DNA of 64,000 bases. It comes from Gammaproteobacteria bacterium. GTDB lineage: Bacteria; Pseudomonadota; Gammaproteobacteria; Eutrophobiales; Eutrophobiaceae. Within the stretch, counting starts at the first letter, position 1; every line of letters starts with the position of its first letter. The notes below the pieces were generated by a model, which saw nothing but the letters and a program-made list of their open reading frames with translations, had not been told where the DNA came from and searched no databases. The position numbers and the translations under genes were made by a program. Positions 18,643-28,666 of this stretch are shown in pieces. The stretch is from the NCBI GenBank assembly GCA_965116495.1, contig OZ220696.1, forward strand, positions 1,312,001 to 1,376,000, read 5' to 3'.

Positions 18643-20793
18643 CTACCAGTTAAGATCCACACTGACGCCATAGGTGGCGGGCAGACCATAGTTTTCGCCG
18701 AAGCCAACCGTCGAGGTCAAGACCTGGGTGCGGTAGACCTCATCGGTGATATTCTTACCCCATAAATACACGCCCCATGCCCCATTGGCGGACTTTATGC
18801 CACCGCGAATATTGGACATCCAGTAACCGTCTTCACGTGCTTCCGGTGGCTGTCTTACGATATCGTAGATCACGTCGTCTTTATAAGCGGTATCAAACAT
18901 GATATCTGCGAGCAGGCTGCCGGTAAGGTTCCATTCGTAGCTGACAAGGGCATTAAAATTCAGTTCGGGTGCGTTCGGTAGTTTGCTGCCGGTTGCCACA
19001 TACGGATCGAGAATGGAAGCCGTGATTTCAGTGTCAAGTAATCCCAACCCCAAATGTATATCCAGACCTTCCGCCGCTTTCCATAACAGATCAAATTCCG
19101 CGCCATATACCTCGGCATCACCGGCATTGGTAATACCAAACAAAGGCCCGACCACGGGATTCTGATATATCGAGCCGTAAATCTGTACGCCTTTATAATC
19201 ATAGAAGAACGCGGAGACGTTGAATTGCAGACTGTTGTTCAACAGTTGCGTCTTGGCGCCGATTTCATAAGCCCAGACAATCTCTTTATCGAACCCGGCA
19301 AGGTCGGCGGGATTAAATGTGAGTTGCCCCTGGAAACTGCCTGATTTAAATCCCCGGCTGACGTTCGCATACAACAGGGCGTTTTCAAATCGCGTATAAT
19401 CGATGCCTATCTTGCCTGACAGGTTTGATACGTCGTAATCATTGCTGACAGGCGGAAAAGCCTGGCCCTCTATCCCCGTCCTTCCGAAATCGGCGAAAGT
19501 GAATGCGTCCTTGAATTCCTTGTTCTCGTCCGTGTAGCGTAGCCCGGCAATAAACTTCCAGTCCTCGTGCAACTGCCATTCGGCATGGCCGAACACGGCA
19601 TAGGAATCCGCATCCTGGCTATATTCATTACCGACGAAGGTAAAGGGGAAAGGCAGATCTGTGGTGTCGAAGATGTCCCGCGTCGATACCTCGTCGCGAC
19701 CGTAGAATGCACCGCCAATCAATACCAGGCGCGCGCCTGTGTAAGTCAGGCGCAATTCCTGCGACACCTGTTCTATCTCATTCAGGAACAGCCCGTCCAG
19801 GTGTACCAGGGCGGAGCCGTCCCGGTCCTCGTCATGGCTGCGCTCATAGTCTTCGTAGCCGGTGACGGAGGTCAGGGACAAGAGGTCGGACAGGTCCCAG
19901 TTGATGGTCAGCGATACCCCGTAGTTTTCATTATCCAGTTCCGTGTCATTCCCGGCGGCGGAACTGTACGGATCGGCAATGCCGTCGTCTTCGGGCGTGA
20001 ACAGGTTGTCCACCTTCACCAGCAGGGTGTCGGATTTATCGACGCCGCCATGTACGTTGAGCAGGATATCCAGATCTTCTGACAGCTGCCAGTTCAACAA
20101 GCCGCGCCAGGCGGTGCGATCAATCTCACCCACTTTATCACCGGTTGCCCGGTTTAATTGAAAACCGTCATTGCGCTGGGAAGTCTGTACCGCAACCCGG
20201 CCCATCAGACCTTCCGCTATCCGGCCACTCAACGCGCCTTCCAGGACAAAATGGTCGTAGCGGCCATAATCAGCGGACAGGTAACCTTCAAATTCATCCG
20301 TCGGTTTTCTGCTGATGAATTTCATGGCCCCGGCAGTGGTATTACGGCCGTACAGGGTGCCCTGTGGACCTTTCAGCACCTCGACGCGGTCCAGGTCAAA
20401 CAACTGGAAGCCGAGCATGGCGGGCGAGACCAGGTACACCTCGTCGATGTATATACCGGCTGCTGGGTTGTTGTTCACGGCATAGTCATTCAACCCGAGC
20501 CCGCGAATGCTGACGTTCGTGACGCTGTTGCCGAAGGTCTCGTTGATATTCAGGTTCGGCGTCTGCGCGGCAAGATCCACGGGCTGACCCAGGCGCTGTT
20601 CCCGGATCGCCGTGCCGGAGAAAACCGTTACAGCCACGCTGACATCGTTCAGGCTCTGTTCACGCTTTTGCGCGGTGACGATGATCTCCTCGATCTGCAA
20701 GCCGGAGGTCTGTGCCGCGAGATTGCCTACCCAGAATGATAAAATTGTCAGAATGATTACATTCACTATTGACTTGTCAGTTGATGTCTTCAT
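18643..20793 (-). CDS. TonB-dependent receptor
   Basis: IEEIIVTAQKREQ, VEVLKGPQGTLYGRNTTAG, C-terminal Trp. Confidence 0.95.
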   Translation of the reverse strand: MKTSTDKSIVNVIILTILSFWVGNLAAQTSGLQIEEIIVTAQKREQSLNDVSVAVTVFSGTAIREQRLGQPVDLAAQTPNLNINETFGNSVTNVSIRGLGLNDYAVNNNPAAGIYIDEVYLVSPAMLGFQLFDLDRVEVLKGPQGTLYGRNTTAGAMKFISRKPTDEFEGYLSADYGRYDHFVLEGALSGRIAEGLMGRVAVQTSQRNDGFQLNRATGDKVGEIDRTAWRGLLNWQLSEDLDILLNVHGGVDKSDTLLVKVDNLFTPEDDGIADPYSSAAGNDTELDNENYGVSLTINWDLSDLLSLTSVTGYEDYERSHDEDRDGSALVHLDGLFLNEIEQVSQELRLTYTGARLVLIGGAFYGRDEVSTRDIFDTTDLPFPFTFVGNEYSQDADSYAVFGHAEWQLHEDWKFIAGLRYTDENKEFKDAFTFADFGRTGIEGQAFPPVSNDYDVSNLSGKIGIDYTRFENALLYANVSRGFKSGSFQGQLTFNPADLAGFDKEIVWAYEIGAKTQLLNNSLQFNVSAFFYDYKGVQIYGSIYQNPVVGPLFGITNAGDAEVYGAEFDLLWKAAEGLDIHLGLGLLDTEITASILDPYVATGSKLPNAPELNFNALVSYEWNLTGSLLADIMFDTAYKDDVIYDIVRQPPEAREDGYWMSNIRGGIKSANGAWGVYLWGKNITDEVYRTQVLTSTVGFGENYGLPATYGVSVDLNW

Positions 20794-20864
20794 TTCAACC
20801 CTCCCCTTTCATAGGTGCACAACCGGTTATAAATTTTACTGTCCCATTGAACAATTACTTGCTT

Positions 20865-21983
20865 TTACAATTCTTCAACGGGAATGAATTCTTCTTCCAG
20901 GCCGAACGCCTGCGGCCCGAACACAGCCAGGGATTCGGGCCTCCTCATGATGGGCGCGGCGCTCGTTCCGATAACCTTGACCCGTTGACCGTATTTCAGG
21001 GCCTCGACCGTAACGGGCCGGACTGTCTCCCGGTCCACAATACAAATCAGATCCGGGACGACGGCAACTGTCTTTCCATCGACCCGGGCAACCAGGTTTT
21101 CGTTCTGAAATAACACAGTCATGCGTCGCGCGCTGCCATCCAACGCGGCAAGCTCACAGTGGCCCATGGAAAAACCACCGGTCGTTTCCCTCCTGAGGTC
21201 TGTGATTTTTCCATCAAATAACACTTTGCAGTGGTTGTAGTATTCAGTGGAGCGCAAATATTCAAGCAAGGCCTTGATTGGTTCGCCTTCTTTCCTGCCC
21301 TGGGACAGCGCGCGGCCAACGCCAAGCGCCAGAGTCAACGTTCCCTTTACCGCATACTGCTTTACCTGGCGTCCGTTCATGGGGTAACAGGAAATCATAA
21401 CGCTGAGCCCCATTTGGATAGCGGCTGCTCGAATTAAATCTTCCGCGCGCTTTCCATCATTCGTTTCAACAATAACAGTCTCCAGGTGTTCATCGACAAT
21501 CACCGCGGGGGTGGCAGGCACCCCATAGACGTGGAACGTGACCATCTGCAGTTCGGGGAAAGCTCGTCCCATTCCATCACAATTCACCAGGGGCAGACCC
21601 AGACGCGCCGCGGCAACGATGGGGATCATGGAATTAATTCCGCCGATTTCGATGGGGCAAATCGCGTCCGGTTGGCGGCCGATAAGTTGCGCAAGGCGCT
21701 TGATGGAATGGTCGATATCCTCACCTGATGCGGCCTTCTCTACCAGGACCGTCGGCGCGCCCAGCATGGCGGCCGGTAGTACACTCGCATCATCATCCAG
21801 TTCGCTGACTTCGACAATTTCCGGCGCTCCGTATTCCTCAATGGCATGCTTTGCCATTAACCGGCCGATATAAGGGTCGCCACCGCCGCCCGTTCCGAGA
21901 AACGCCGCTCCCTGGGCCAAATCATCCAGGTCCGCTGTGTTAATAAACAAGTTCCTGTCGGTTGTTTCTATGACATTCAGCAC
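20865..21983 (-). CDS. DUF917 family protein (S-methyl-thiohydantoin desulfurase-like fold)
   Basis: GAAFLGTGGGGDP, EIGGINS, DGMGRAFPE, FQNENL, VPDLI. Confidence 0.88.
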   Translation of the reverse strand: MLNVIETTDRNLFINTADLDDLAQGAAFLGTGGGGDPYIGRLMAKHAIEEYGAPEIVEVSELDDDASVLPAAMLGAPTVLVEKAASGEDIDHSIKRLAQLIGRQPDAICPIEIGGINSMIPIVAAARLGLPLVNCDGMGRAFPELQMVTFHVYGVPATPAVIVDEHLETVIVETNDGKRAEDLIRAAAIQMGLSVMISCYPMNGRQVKQYAVKGTLTLALGVGRALSQGRKEGEPIKALLEYLRSTEYYNHCKVLFDGKITDLRRETTGGFSMGHCELAALDGSARRMTVLFQNENLVARVDGKTVAVVPDLICIVDRETVRPVTVEALKYGQRVKVIGTSAAPIMRRPESLAVFGPQAFGLEEEFIPVEEL

Positions 21984-23524
21984 AGGCGCAACTCCCCCGC
22001 CGCTTTCGCGCGGATACGCACGGCGCTGCCCGGCATATAGGCTAGCGGCATCTCCTCGAAATCTATAATTTCAATGCTGTTTTCATCGGCTCCTGCATTC
22101 CTGGCCTGGTTGGCGGCTTCCGCTTGCGCGCCTTTTACGGCTTCCTCGCGGGTGACCTGTTCGTATGAATATACCTTGTTGATTTCCCCACCGACCTGGG
22201 CAATAGACGCCCCAATTGCATTCGCCACCTGCGCGTGCTGCGGGACGACCACTTCATTTGTCCCGGCAATATGTTCCCGGATCAGAATTGACCCGCCCCC
22301 GACCAGTATCAAGGGTAACGGTTGGGCGCTTGTCTTCATGCGGTCCACGCTTTCTTCCACTGTCCTGTGCATAGCGCTCGCCGTTTCCCGTACCAGGGAC
22401 TCGGGCAGGTTTGCAACCTCGCCGGGATTGCCGACTTCAACGAAACCTGCGGCAACGGCAATATCGGTAGCCGTCAGTTGTCTCCCACCGAACACCCGCG
22501 CTTGTTCCTCCAGGCGATAACCGACTGACCGGGGCCCAACCCTGACTTTTCCATTCTGGCTGACGAGGCTGCCGCCTCCCAACCCCACAGACAGGATATC
22601 CGGCATGCGAAAATTGGTGCGCACACTACCCACATCCATGGAAACACCGGATTCTCGCGGAAAACCATTGACCAGCACGCCGATATCGGTTGTGGTGCCG
22701 CCAATGTCCACAACCAACGCATCCTTGAGGCCGGACAGGTAGGCGGCGCCGCGAATACTGTTAGTCGGGCCGGAAGCGAAGGTCAAGACCGGATATTTCC
22801 CAACAAATTCGGCACTCATCAAGGTCCCGTCATTCTGACTGATATAAAATGGCGCGCTTATTTTGAGCCGCGCCAGAGCCCGTTCAAACGAAGCCACGAA
22901 TGTGGCGCTCAAACCGGTCAAACTCGCATTGATGATCGCAGCATTTTCCCGCTCCAGTAAACCGATTCGGCCGATACGGGATGATAAGGTCACGGACGCA
23001 TCTTCCAGCTCGTTCAACACGATTTCCCCGGCGCGCTCTTCCATTGCGCTGTTGACAGGCGAAAATACGCCACTGACTGCGACCGTCCGGATACCTTTTG
23101 TTTGCATGTCTTTTGCAGCGGAAGCAATCGCTTGTTCATCCAGCCTGGAAATCGGTCTCCCGTCGAACTCATATCCGCCCGCTACCATGTAGTGATGTTT
23201 TCCTATCACTGCAGCTATGTCATCGGGCCAGTCGACCATGGGCGGCACGCCGCGCGTGGCAGGCAGAGCCAGACGTATCACTCCCACTTCCTGTAAATGC
23301 TTGCGCTCGACAAAGGCGTTGGTGAAACGGGTGGTACCCATCATGACTGCCTGAATATCTCCCGTGGCAATCCGTGACATATTGAGCACATTCCTGACAG
23401 CAGCCATGATCCCCTCATCGACATTCTTGCCCGTAGGCGCCTTGTATACGGCCTTCACGTTATTGCCGTCCATCAACACGGCATCCGTATTCGTTCCTCC
23501 TACATCTACGCCTATTCTGATAAT
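21977..23524 (-). CDS. Hydantoinase/oxoprolinase N-terminal family protein; probable non-canonical ATT start
   Basis: IGVDVGGTNTDAVL lies upstream of the first canonical start (23479); GTTRFTNA, ERENAA, SGPTNS, DIGGTTTD. Confidence 0.85.
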   Translation of the reverse strand: MIRIGVDVGGTNTDAVLMDGNNVKAVYKAPTGKNVDEGIMAAVRNVLNMSRIATGDIQAVMMGTTRFTNAFVERKHLQEVGVIRLALPATRGVPPMVDWPDDIAAVIGKHHYMVAGGYEFDGRPISRLDEQAIASAAKDMQTKGIRTVAVSGVFSPVNSAMEERAGEIVLNELEDASVTLSSRIGRIGLLERENAAIINASLTGLSATFVASFERALARLKISAPFYISQNDGTLMSAEFVGKYPVLTFASGPTNSIRGAAYLSGLKDALVVDIGGTTTDIGVLVNGFPRESGVSMDVGSVRTNFRMPDILSVGLGGGSLVSQNGKVRVGPRSVGYRLEEQARVFGGRQLTATDIAVAAGFVEVGNPGEVANLPESLVRETASAMHRTVEESVDRMKTSAQPLPLILVGGGSILIREHIAGTNEVVVPQHAQVANAIGASIAQVGGEINKVYSYEQVTREEAVKGAQAEAANQARNAGADENSIEIIDFEEMPLAYMPGSAVRIRAKAAGELRLC

Positions 23525-23645
23525 TGCAATATCCTCCAGGTATCGGAACGCCGGGCATACCCGTCCTGCCGGGTTGGAATAGTTGTTCAGGTTAATCAGT
23601 TTTTACCTGGAATCACCCGTTCCGTGGTGTGGTTCCCCGGTTGAA

Positions 23646-23743
23646 TTGAGTAGTGCTACTGTTTACCTGCGAATCGGCTACCTGCACGAACGGGTAGGTT
23701 GTCAGCAAACTTTATTGACACGTCAAACACGTCAACATATTGT
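23646..23743. promoter_or_regulatory. Operator box plus sigma70-like promoter cassette, copy 1
   Basis: ttgagtagtg ... ctgcacgaacgggtag (23682-23697), then TTGACA (23715)-N17-TATTGT; same layout at 30938-31036. Confidence 0.6.
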
Positions 23744-23750
23744 TGCTTGC

Positions 23751-26495
23751 ATGAAGGAAAAACATGGGCCGGAAATCAATACCTTGTTCCCGGCTTGGCT
23801 TATGCGTTCCAAGGTGTACCCCACCCGGCAGCGTGTGGACGTGTTACAGAGACCGTCCCTGCTCAAGCAGCTCGATACTTGCCTGGACGCCACCTTATCA
23901 CTGGTCTGCGCCCCGGCAGGCTATGGCAAGAGCACACTCTATGCCGACTGGCGCAACAAGTTGTTACGGGATAACGTCAAGGCATGCTGGCTATCGCTGG
24001 AGCAGGATGACAACGACGCATTCCAACTTCTGACCTATATTGCCTACTCACTGTACGAGGGCGGCGTGGACTTTTCCGCAGCCGGGATAACGGAAAAAAT
24101 TCACTCCGGTGATCTCTCGGCACGCACGCTCCTGAACATCATACAGCGCGTGGTTGAAAGCGAAGAGCAGAAAACCGTGATCATCTTCGATGACTTTGAA
24201 AATCTCAACGAAGAGACAATCGACAGGGTAATCCAGCCGTTGCTGACCTATGCGCCGGCCAACCTGCACGTCGCCGTTGCAAGCAGGGACGACCGCCGCT
24301 TGAAGGTGGCCAAGCTGGAAATGGAAGGCCTGGCGTTGCGCCTGCCCGCAAGGAGTCTCTATTTTACGGTGGATGAACTCAGGCTGTTCTTCGAGGATTA
24401 CCTGCCCACAGAAACCATAGAGGAAATCCGGTGCCTGACGGAAGGCTGGCCTGTGGCCGTACAGATGCTCAGGAGTTCCGTGAAAGCCGACCGGGACATA
24501 GACCGTGTCCTGGTCAGTATGACCTCCTCCTCCAGCATCATTACCACCTACCTTTCAGAGCAGATCTTCAGTGGGCTGGACAGCAAGCTGCAAAACTTTT
24601 TGATGGACATCTCGTTGGTGGACGGGATGTCGTGTGAACTAGCGGATTACCTGCGTAAAGCCGATGACAGCGAAGCGCTGTTTGACGCCTGCCATACGCT
24701 GAGCGCCCTGGTTTCTCCTGTGGAACAGGTGAGAAACACCTGGCGCTTGCATCCCCTGTTCCGGGACTACCTGCAGCACAAGCTGTTGTTTGGCTGCCCG
24801 GAGCGTGCTTCAGCCCTGCACCTGCACGCGGCTGACTGGTTTGCCGGGAAAGGCAATCTCGTCCGGGCCGTGAGGCATGCGGTACAGGCAGGCAGACCCC
24901 GACGGGCAGTGGAAATTATCGAGCAACAGGGCGGCGTCATACTCTGGTTGCGGGAGGGACTGACGCGTCTGAGGACCGCCCTGGGTCTGCTGGATGAGAA
25001 CTCCATTTCCGCCTCACCCCGCATAACGGCCATCCGCTGTATCCTGGATATCAGGGAAGGCCAGGTTTACCAGGCTCGCAAACGCTACGACGTCATGCTG
25101 GAGCGCTACCGGGACACACGTGACGAGTTTGCTACGGCAGACCGGGAACGTATAGACCATGAGCTCATGCTGGTGGAATCGCTGCTGGCCTGCTACGAGG
25201 GAAAGATGCAGTCTGAGCAGTTCTGTACCCGCTTCACGCAGAACATTTCCCGGATTGACCGGAACGATCATGCAAGCCTCGGATACCACCATAATCTGCT
25301 TTGTTTTGCCTACGCGCAAAGAGGGATGCTTCGTGAAGCCAGGTACCATGCCGGGGAGTCAACAAGGGAATACCGGCTGCTTGGATCGTACTACGGTGAA
25401 GCCTACATTAATTTTCACCTGGGGGATATTTCGTTCGCAGAAGGAAACAGCGAACAGGCCAGAAGTAGTTACCAAGCCGGCCTGAACCTGTGCCGGCGGC
25501 ATTTTAATGATGATATGAGTATAAAGCTGCTCGCTAAAGTATTGATGGCAGAGCTGAATTACGAACTGAATCAACTACGGGGCATGTCCAACACGGCCGT
25601 TTCCATCGCAAGACAACTGGAAGAACGGGAAGCCTGGTTCGATATCTATGCGGCAGGTTACACCACCGCAAGCAACGTCGAATTTGCAAGGTATGGTATC
25701 GATGCTGCAGATGCAATCCTGACCCGAGCCCTGAGCTATGCCGGGAGACAAAAGCTGGAACGTTTAATCAACCTGCTGTTATTCCAGCGTATTGACCTGT
25801 TGTTGCGCGCCAACCTGGACGAGGAGGCACAGCGCACCTTCAGAGACTCGGGACTACGGCTGGAAATCTACAGAAACCCAGGCCAGAGCGATATTGCCTG
25901 GCGCGAGCGCCACGCCGCAGTACACGCGATTATCCTGTTGCAGCTCAGGCAAAAAAACTTTGAAGAAGCCCTGGCTGCGCTCGGTTGTTTCTCAAGCCAT
26001 GCCCAATCCAGCGGCCACCTGAAACCGAATCTGAGGTATGAAATATTAAAGAGTATGGCTTATCGGGGGAAAAACGATTATGCATCGGCATTCAAACACC
26101 TGGGCCAGGCTTTATCGTTGTCCGTGAGTTCCGGTTTTGTCCGATCGTTCATCGATGCTGGCAGTGAATTACAGGAGATCCTGCAACTGTATATGCACTC
26201 GTCGGAATACACAGCTTCGCCAACCGGCTACAGGCAACAGGCGGAAAAAATAGCGGCGTACTTCATTGACGCCGACAAAATGGAAAGCACAGAAGAATTG
26301 CTGAGCAGGAGAGAGAGCGAAGTGTTGAAATATCTGGCTCAGGGCATGTCCAACAAGCTGATCGCCAGAAACATCTGCATTTCGGAAAACACGGTCCGGT
26401 TCCACTTGAAAAATATCTTTTCCAAGCTCCAGGTCAATAACCGGCTGCTTGCGGTTTCCGTTGCCCGCAAAAGAAAGTTAATTCAACTCGCATAA
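23751..26495 (+). CDS. MalT-like ATP-dependent LuxR-family regulator
   Basis: APAGYGKS Walker A, WLSLEQDDN, TEGWPVA, C-terminal LSRRESEVL..GMSNKLIA..ENTVRFHLKNIFSKL. Confidence 0.92.
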   Translation: MKEKHGPEINTLFPAWLMRSKVYPTRQRVDVLQRPSLLKQLDTCLDATLSLVCAPAGYGKSTLYADWRNKLLRDNVKACWLSLEQDDNDAFQLLTYIAYSLYEGGVDFSAAGITEKIHSGDLSARTLLNIIQRVVESEEQKTVIIFDDFENLNEETIDRVIQPLLTYAPANLHVAVASRDDRRLKVAKLEMEGLALRLPARSLYFTVDELRLFFEDYLPTETIEEIRCLTEGWPVAVQMLRSSVKADRDIDRVLVSMTSSSSIITTYLSEQIFSGLDSKLQNFLMDISLVDGMSCELADYLRKADDSEALFDACHTLSALVSPVEQVRNTWRLHPLFRDYLQHKLLFGCPERASALHLHAADWFAGKGNLVRAVRHAVQAGRPRRAVEIIEQQGGVILWLREGLTRLRTALGLLDENSISASPRITAIRCILDIREGQVYQARKRYDVMLERYRDTRDEFATADRERIDHELMLVESLLACYEGKMQSEQFCTRFTQNISRIDRNDHASLGYHHNLLCFAYAQRGMLREARYHAGESTREYRLLGSYYGEAYINFHLGDISFAEGNSEQARSSYQAGLNLCRRHFNDDMSIKLLAKVLMAELNYELNQLRGMSNTAVSIARQLEEREAWFDIYAAGYTTASNVEFARYGIDAADAILTRALSYAGRQKLERLINLLLFQRIDLLLRANLDEEAQRTFRDSGLRLEIYRNPGQSDIAWRERHAAVHAIILLQLRQKNFEEALAALGCFSSHAQSSGHLKPNLRYEILKSMAYRGKNDYASAFKHLGQALSLSVSSGFVRSFIDAGSELQEILQLYMHSSEYTASPTGYRQQAEKIAAYFIDADKMESTEELLSRRESEVLKYLAQGMSNKLIARNICISENTVRFHLKNIFSKLQVNNRLLAVSVARKRKLIQLA

Positions 26496-26497
26496 GC

Positions 26498-27529
26498 CTA
26501 CTTCCACACCTGCTCAGCGATGCGAAGCAAGTTTCTGCCAAGTACCTTCTGGATGTCGTTCTCTGTATAGGCTCGATTCAGCAAACACTGTGTGAGTCGA
26601 GGAAGGTTTTCTGGCATAACCACCTCAATGGGAACATCATAACCTGCCGCCCTGGGGAAAGTTTTTGTCATCTTCCTGGTGACTTCGGCTATTTCCGTAT
26701 CATCGAAAATGTAATCAAGTCCAATACCCACATGGTCGATACCACCAAGTTGCACAATGTAATCGATATGGTCGGCAATACTTTCGACGTCTGCACTACC
26801 TGAGCCCAGGAAAATGTTCACGCCATTGATGCCTATAACACCACCTTTTTGAGTGCAGGCCGTTATCAACTCATCCGGAATATTACGGTCATGTTTTTTG
26901 AGGGCAAGGGCATTTGAATGTGAAAAAATGACAGGTTGGCGACTATACTGCATAGCTTCCATTGCGGTTCGATAGCCGGTATGACTCAAACAGACAACCA
27001 TCCCTGCTTCATTCATTTCATCAATAAGTTCCTTCCCTTCCGCTGTGAGTCCCGTATCAGGTTCATGACAGCCGCCTCCTGCCCAATTCCGGCGGTTATA
27101 CGCTAACAGCATCCAGCGAACCCCCAGGTCATATAACATCGGGATCAGGCTGATCTGCCGTTGCAAGGGAGCCGCTCCCTCCAGGTCGAAGGTCACAGCC
27201 AATTTACCTGTGGCATGCGCGAGTTCTATATCCTCAACCGCTTCAACCCTCAGATAATCGTCTGGACGCGCCCCAATCCAGTCCCGCATTTGTGCAAGAA
27301 CGCGTATACAAGCTTCCAGTCCGATTTCCCCGTAACCGACATTGATACTGACTACGTCAACACCGGCATCCCGGTAACGCTGTAATTGTGGAATAAATTC
27401 CAGGTTTTTACCCGAATCCAAGGGGAGGCACCCATGGTTATCCCATACTATGGAACGGTTGTGCAGCGCTTCCGCCTCTTGCGAAACATGCCAGTTACGT
27501 TTCCTTTCCTTTGAGTATTTCCCATTCAT
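26498..27529 (-). CDS. Membrane dipeptidase family (peptidase M19)
   Basis: WDNHG, DLEG, LSH, FSHSN, RNIPD, HVGIGLD. Confidence 0.9.
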   Translation of the reverse strand: MNGKYSKERKRNWHVSQEAEALHNRSIVWDNHGCLPLDSGKNLEFIPQLQRYRDAGVDVVSINVGYGEIGLEACIRVLAQMRDWIGARPDDYLRVEAVEDIELAHATGKLAVTFDLEGAAPLQRQISLIPMLYDLGVRWMLLAYNRRNWAGGGCHEPDTGLTAEGKELIDEMNEAGMVVCLSHTGYRTAMEAMQYSRQPVIFSHSNALALKKHDRNIPDELITACTQKGGVIGINGVNIFLGSGSADVESIADHIDYIVQLGGIDHVGIGLDYIFDDTEIAEVTRKMTKTFPRAAGYDVPIEVVMPENLPRLTQCLLNRAYTENDIQKVLGRNLLRIAEQVWK

Positions 27530-27535
27530 AAACTC

Positions 27536-28666
27536 TCAACCTCCAACCCAAAGCGATAGTGAGACGCCGATAAAATTGGCAATCACATATCCCAGGATAC
27601 CGCAGAGCAGGCCGGGAGTAACCAGGCTGTGCCACTTGTGGTGAGCTGCCAGCGCCGCAGCGGGCGCCGGCCCCAGAATACAGGCATTCGACGCGGTGAT
27701 TAATTCAGCGTAATTAAACCGGCACAGCTTCCCGACAGTTAATGCGACGAGAGCATGAACCAAACAAATGGCGGCTGCATAAACCATCAAAACAGGACCG
27801 AACGTAAACAATATTGATATATCGGCACCGGCCCCGACCACGACGAAAAAGACATACATCAAAAACATCCCGATTTCAAAATCGCCGCGTACCGCGCCCA
27901 ATTGGCGCGGTATTACATTGGCTGTCAAGACAGCGAACAAGGTAATGAATAACAAGGAAAAGCGGGGCATGGAAAAATATTGCGCAATAAAAAAACTGAA
28001 CCAGCAGATTCCTGAAGCCAGTGCTATAACAAGCGTGATGCCGAACCACGCGGAGTGTTTGCCGTTATGGCGCGACCCTTCGGTATTCAGCGGCGCAGAG
28101 GAAACAGACAAATCCGACTGCGCAGGAAACTGCTGCGTAAACCATGTCGATGCGGCCGTTAATGCCAATAAGACCAGGTACCCCGTGCCGACTATCGCCT
28201 CAGAAGCAAGCGCCGCGGACAACAGCCCTGCATCATTTAATTCCAGCGCCTGTGAGACGGCGACGAAGTTCATCGACCCACCGGTATAGGTTGCGATGAA
28301 CACCCCAAGTAGTTTGTCCGCTTCCGCGCCAAGGGGTAACAGGAGAAATCCGCCGACCGCCCCCAAAACCGTGCCTGATACACAAACCAGAAAAACAAAA
28401 CCCAATCCGCCCGTATGGGTAACTACCTGACGCATGTTTGCCTTGAATAACAATAATGCAACGGCGAACGGCACAAGATAAACAACGATGATTTCATAAA
28501 CGCGGGAAACGTGCGGCAGCAGACCGAAATTTGAGAACATCGCCCCCGTGATCAAGGCAATCACTGCCGCGGAAACCCTTCTGCCAAAGTCGAAGCGCCC
28601 ACACCATAGCGCGAAGACTACAATCAGCAGGATTTGCGCGCTAACCAGCGCGTCGGCAAAAATCAG
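27536..28666 (-). CDS. DUF819 family membrane protein; probable CTG start overlapping the TBDR stop
   Basis: ATYTGGSMNFVAV, ASNACILGP, GILGYVIANFIG; first TM helix lies upstream of the track start 28564. Confidence 0.8.
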   Translation of the reverse strand: MIFADALVSAQILLIVVFALWCGRFDFGRRVSAAVIALITGAMFSNFGLLPHVSRVYEIIVVYLVPFAVALLLFKANMRQVVTHTGGLGFVFLVCVSGTVLGAVGGFLLLPLGAEADKLLGVFIATYTGGSMNFVAVSQALELNDAGLLSAALASEAIVGTGYLVLLALTAASTWFTQQFPAQSDLSVSSAPLNTEGSRHNGKHSAWFGITLVIALASGICWFSFFIAQYFSMPRFSLLFITLFAVLTANVIPRQLGAVRGDFEIGMFLMYVFFVVVGAGADISILFTFGPVLMVYAAAICLVHALVALTVGKLCRFNYAELITASNACILGPAPAAALAAHHKWHSLVTPGLLCGILGYVIANFIGVSLSLWVGG

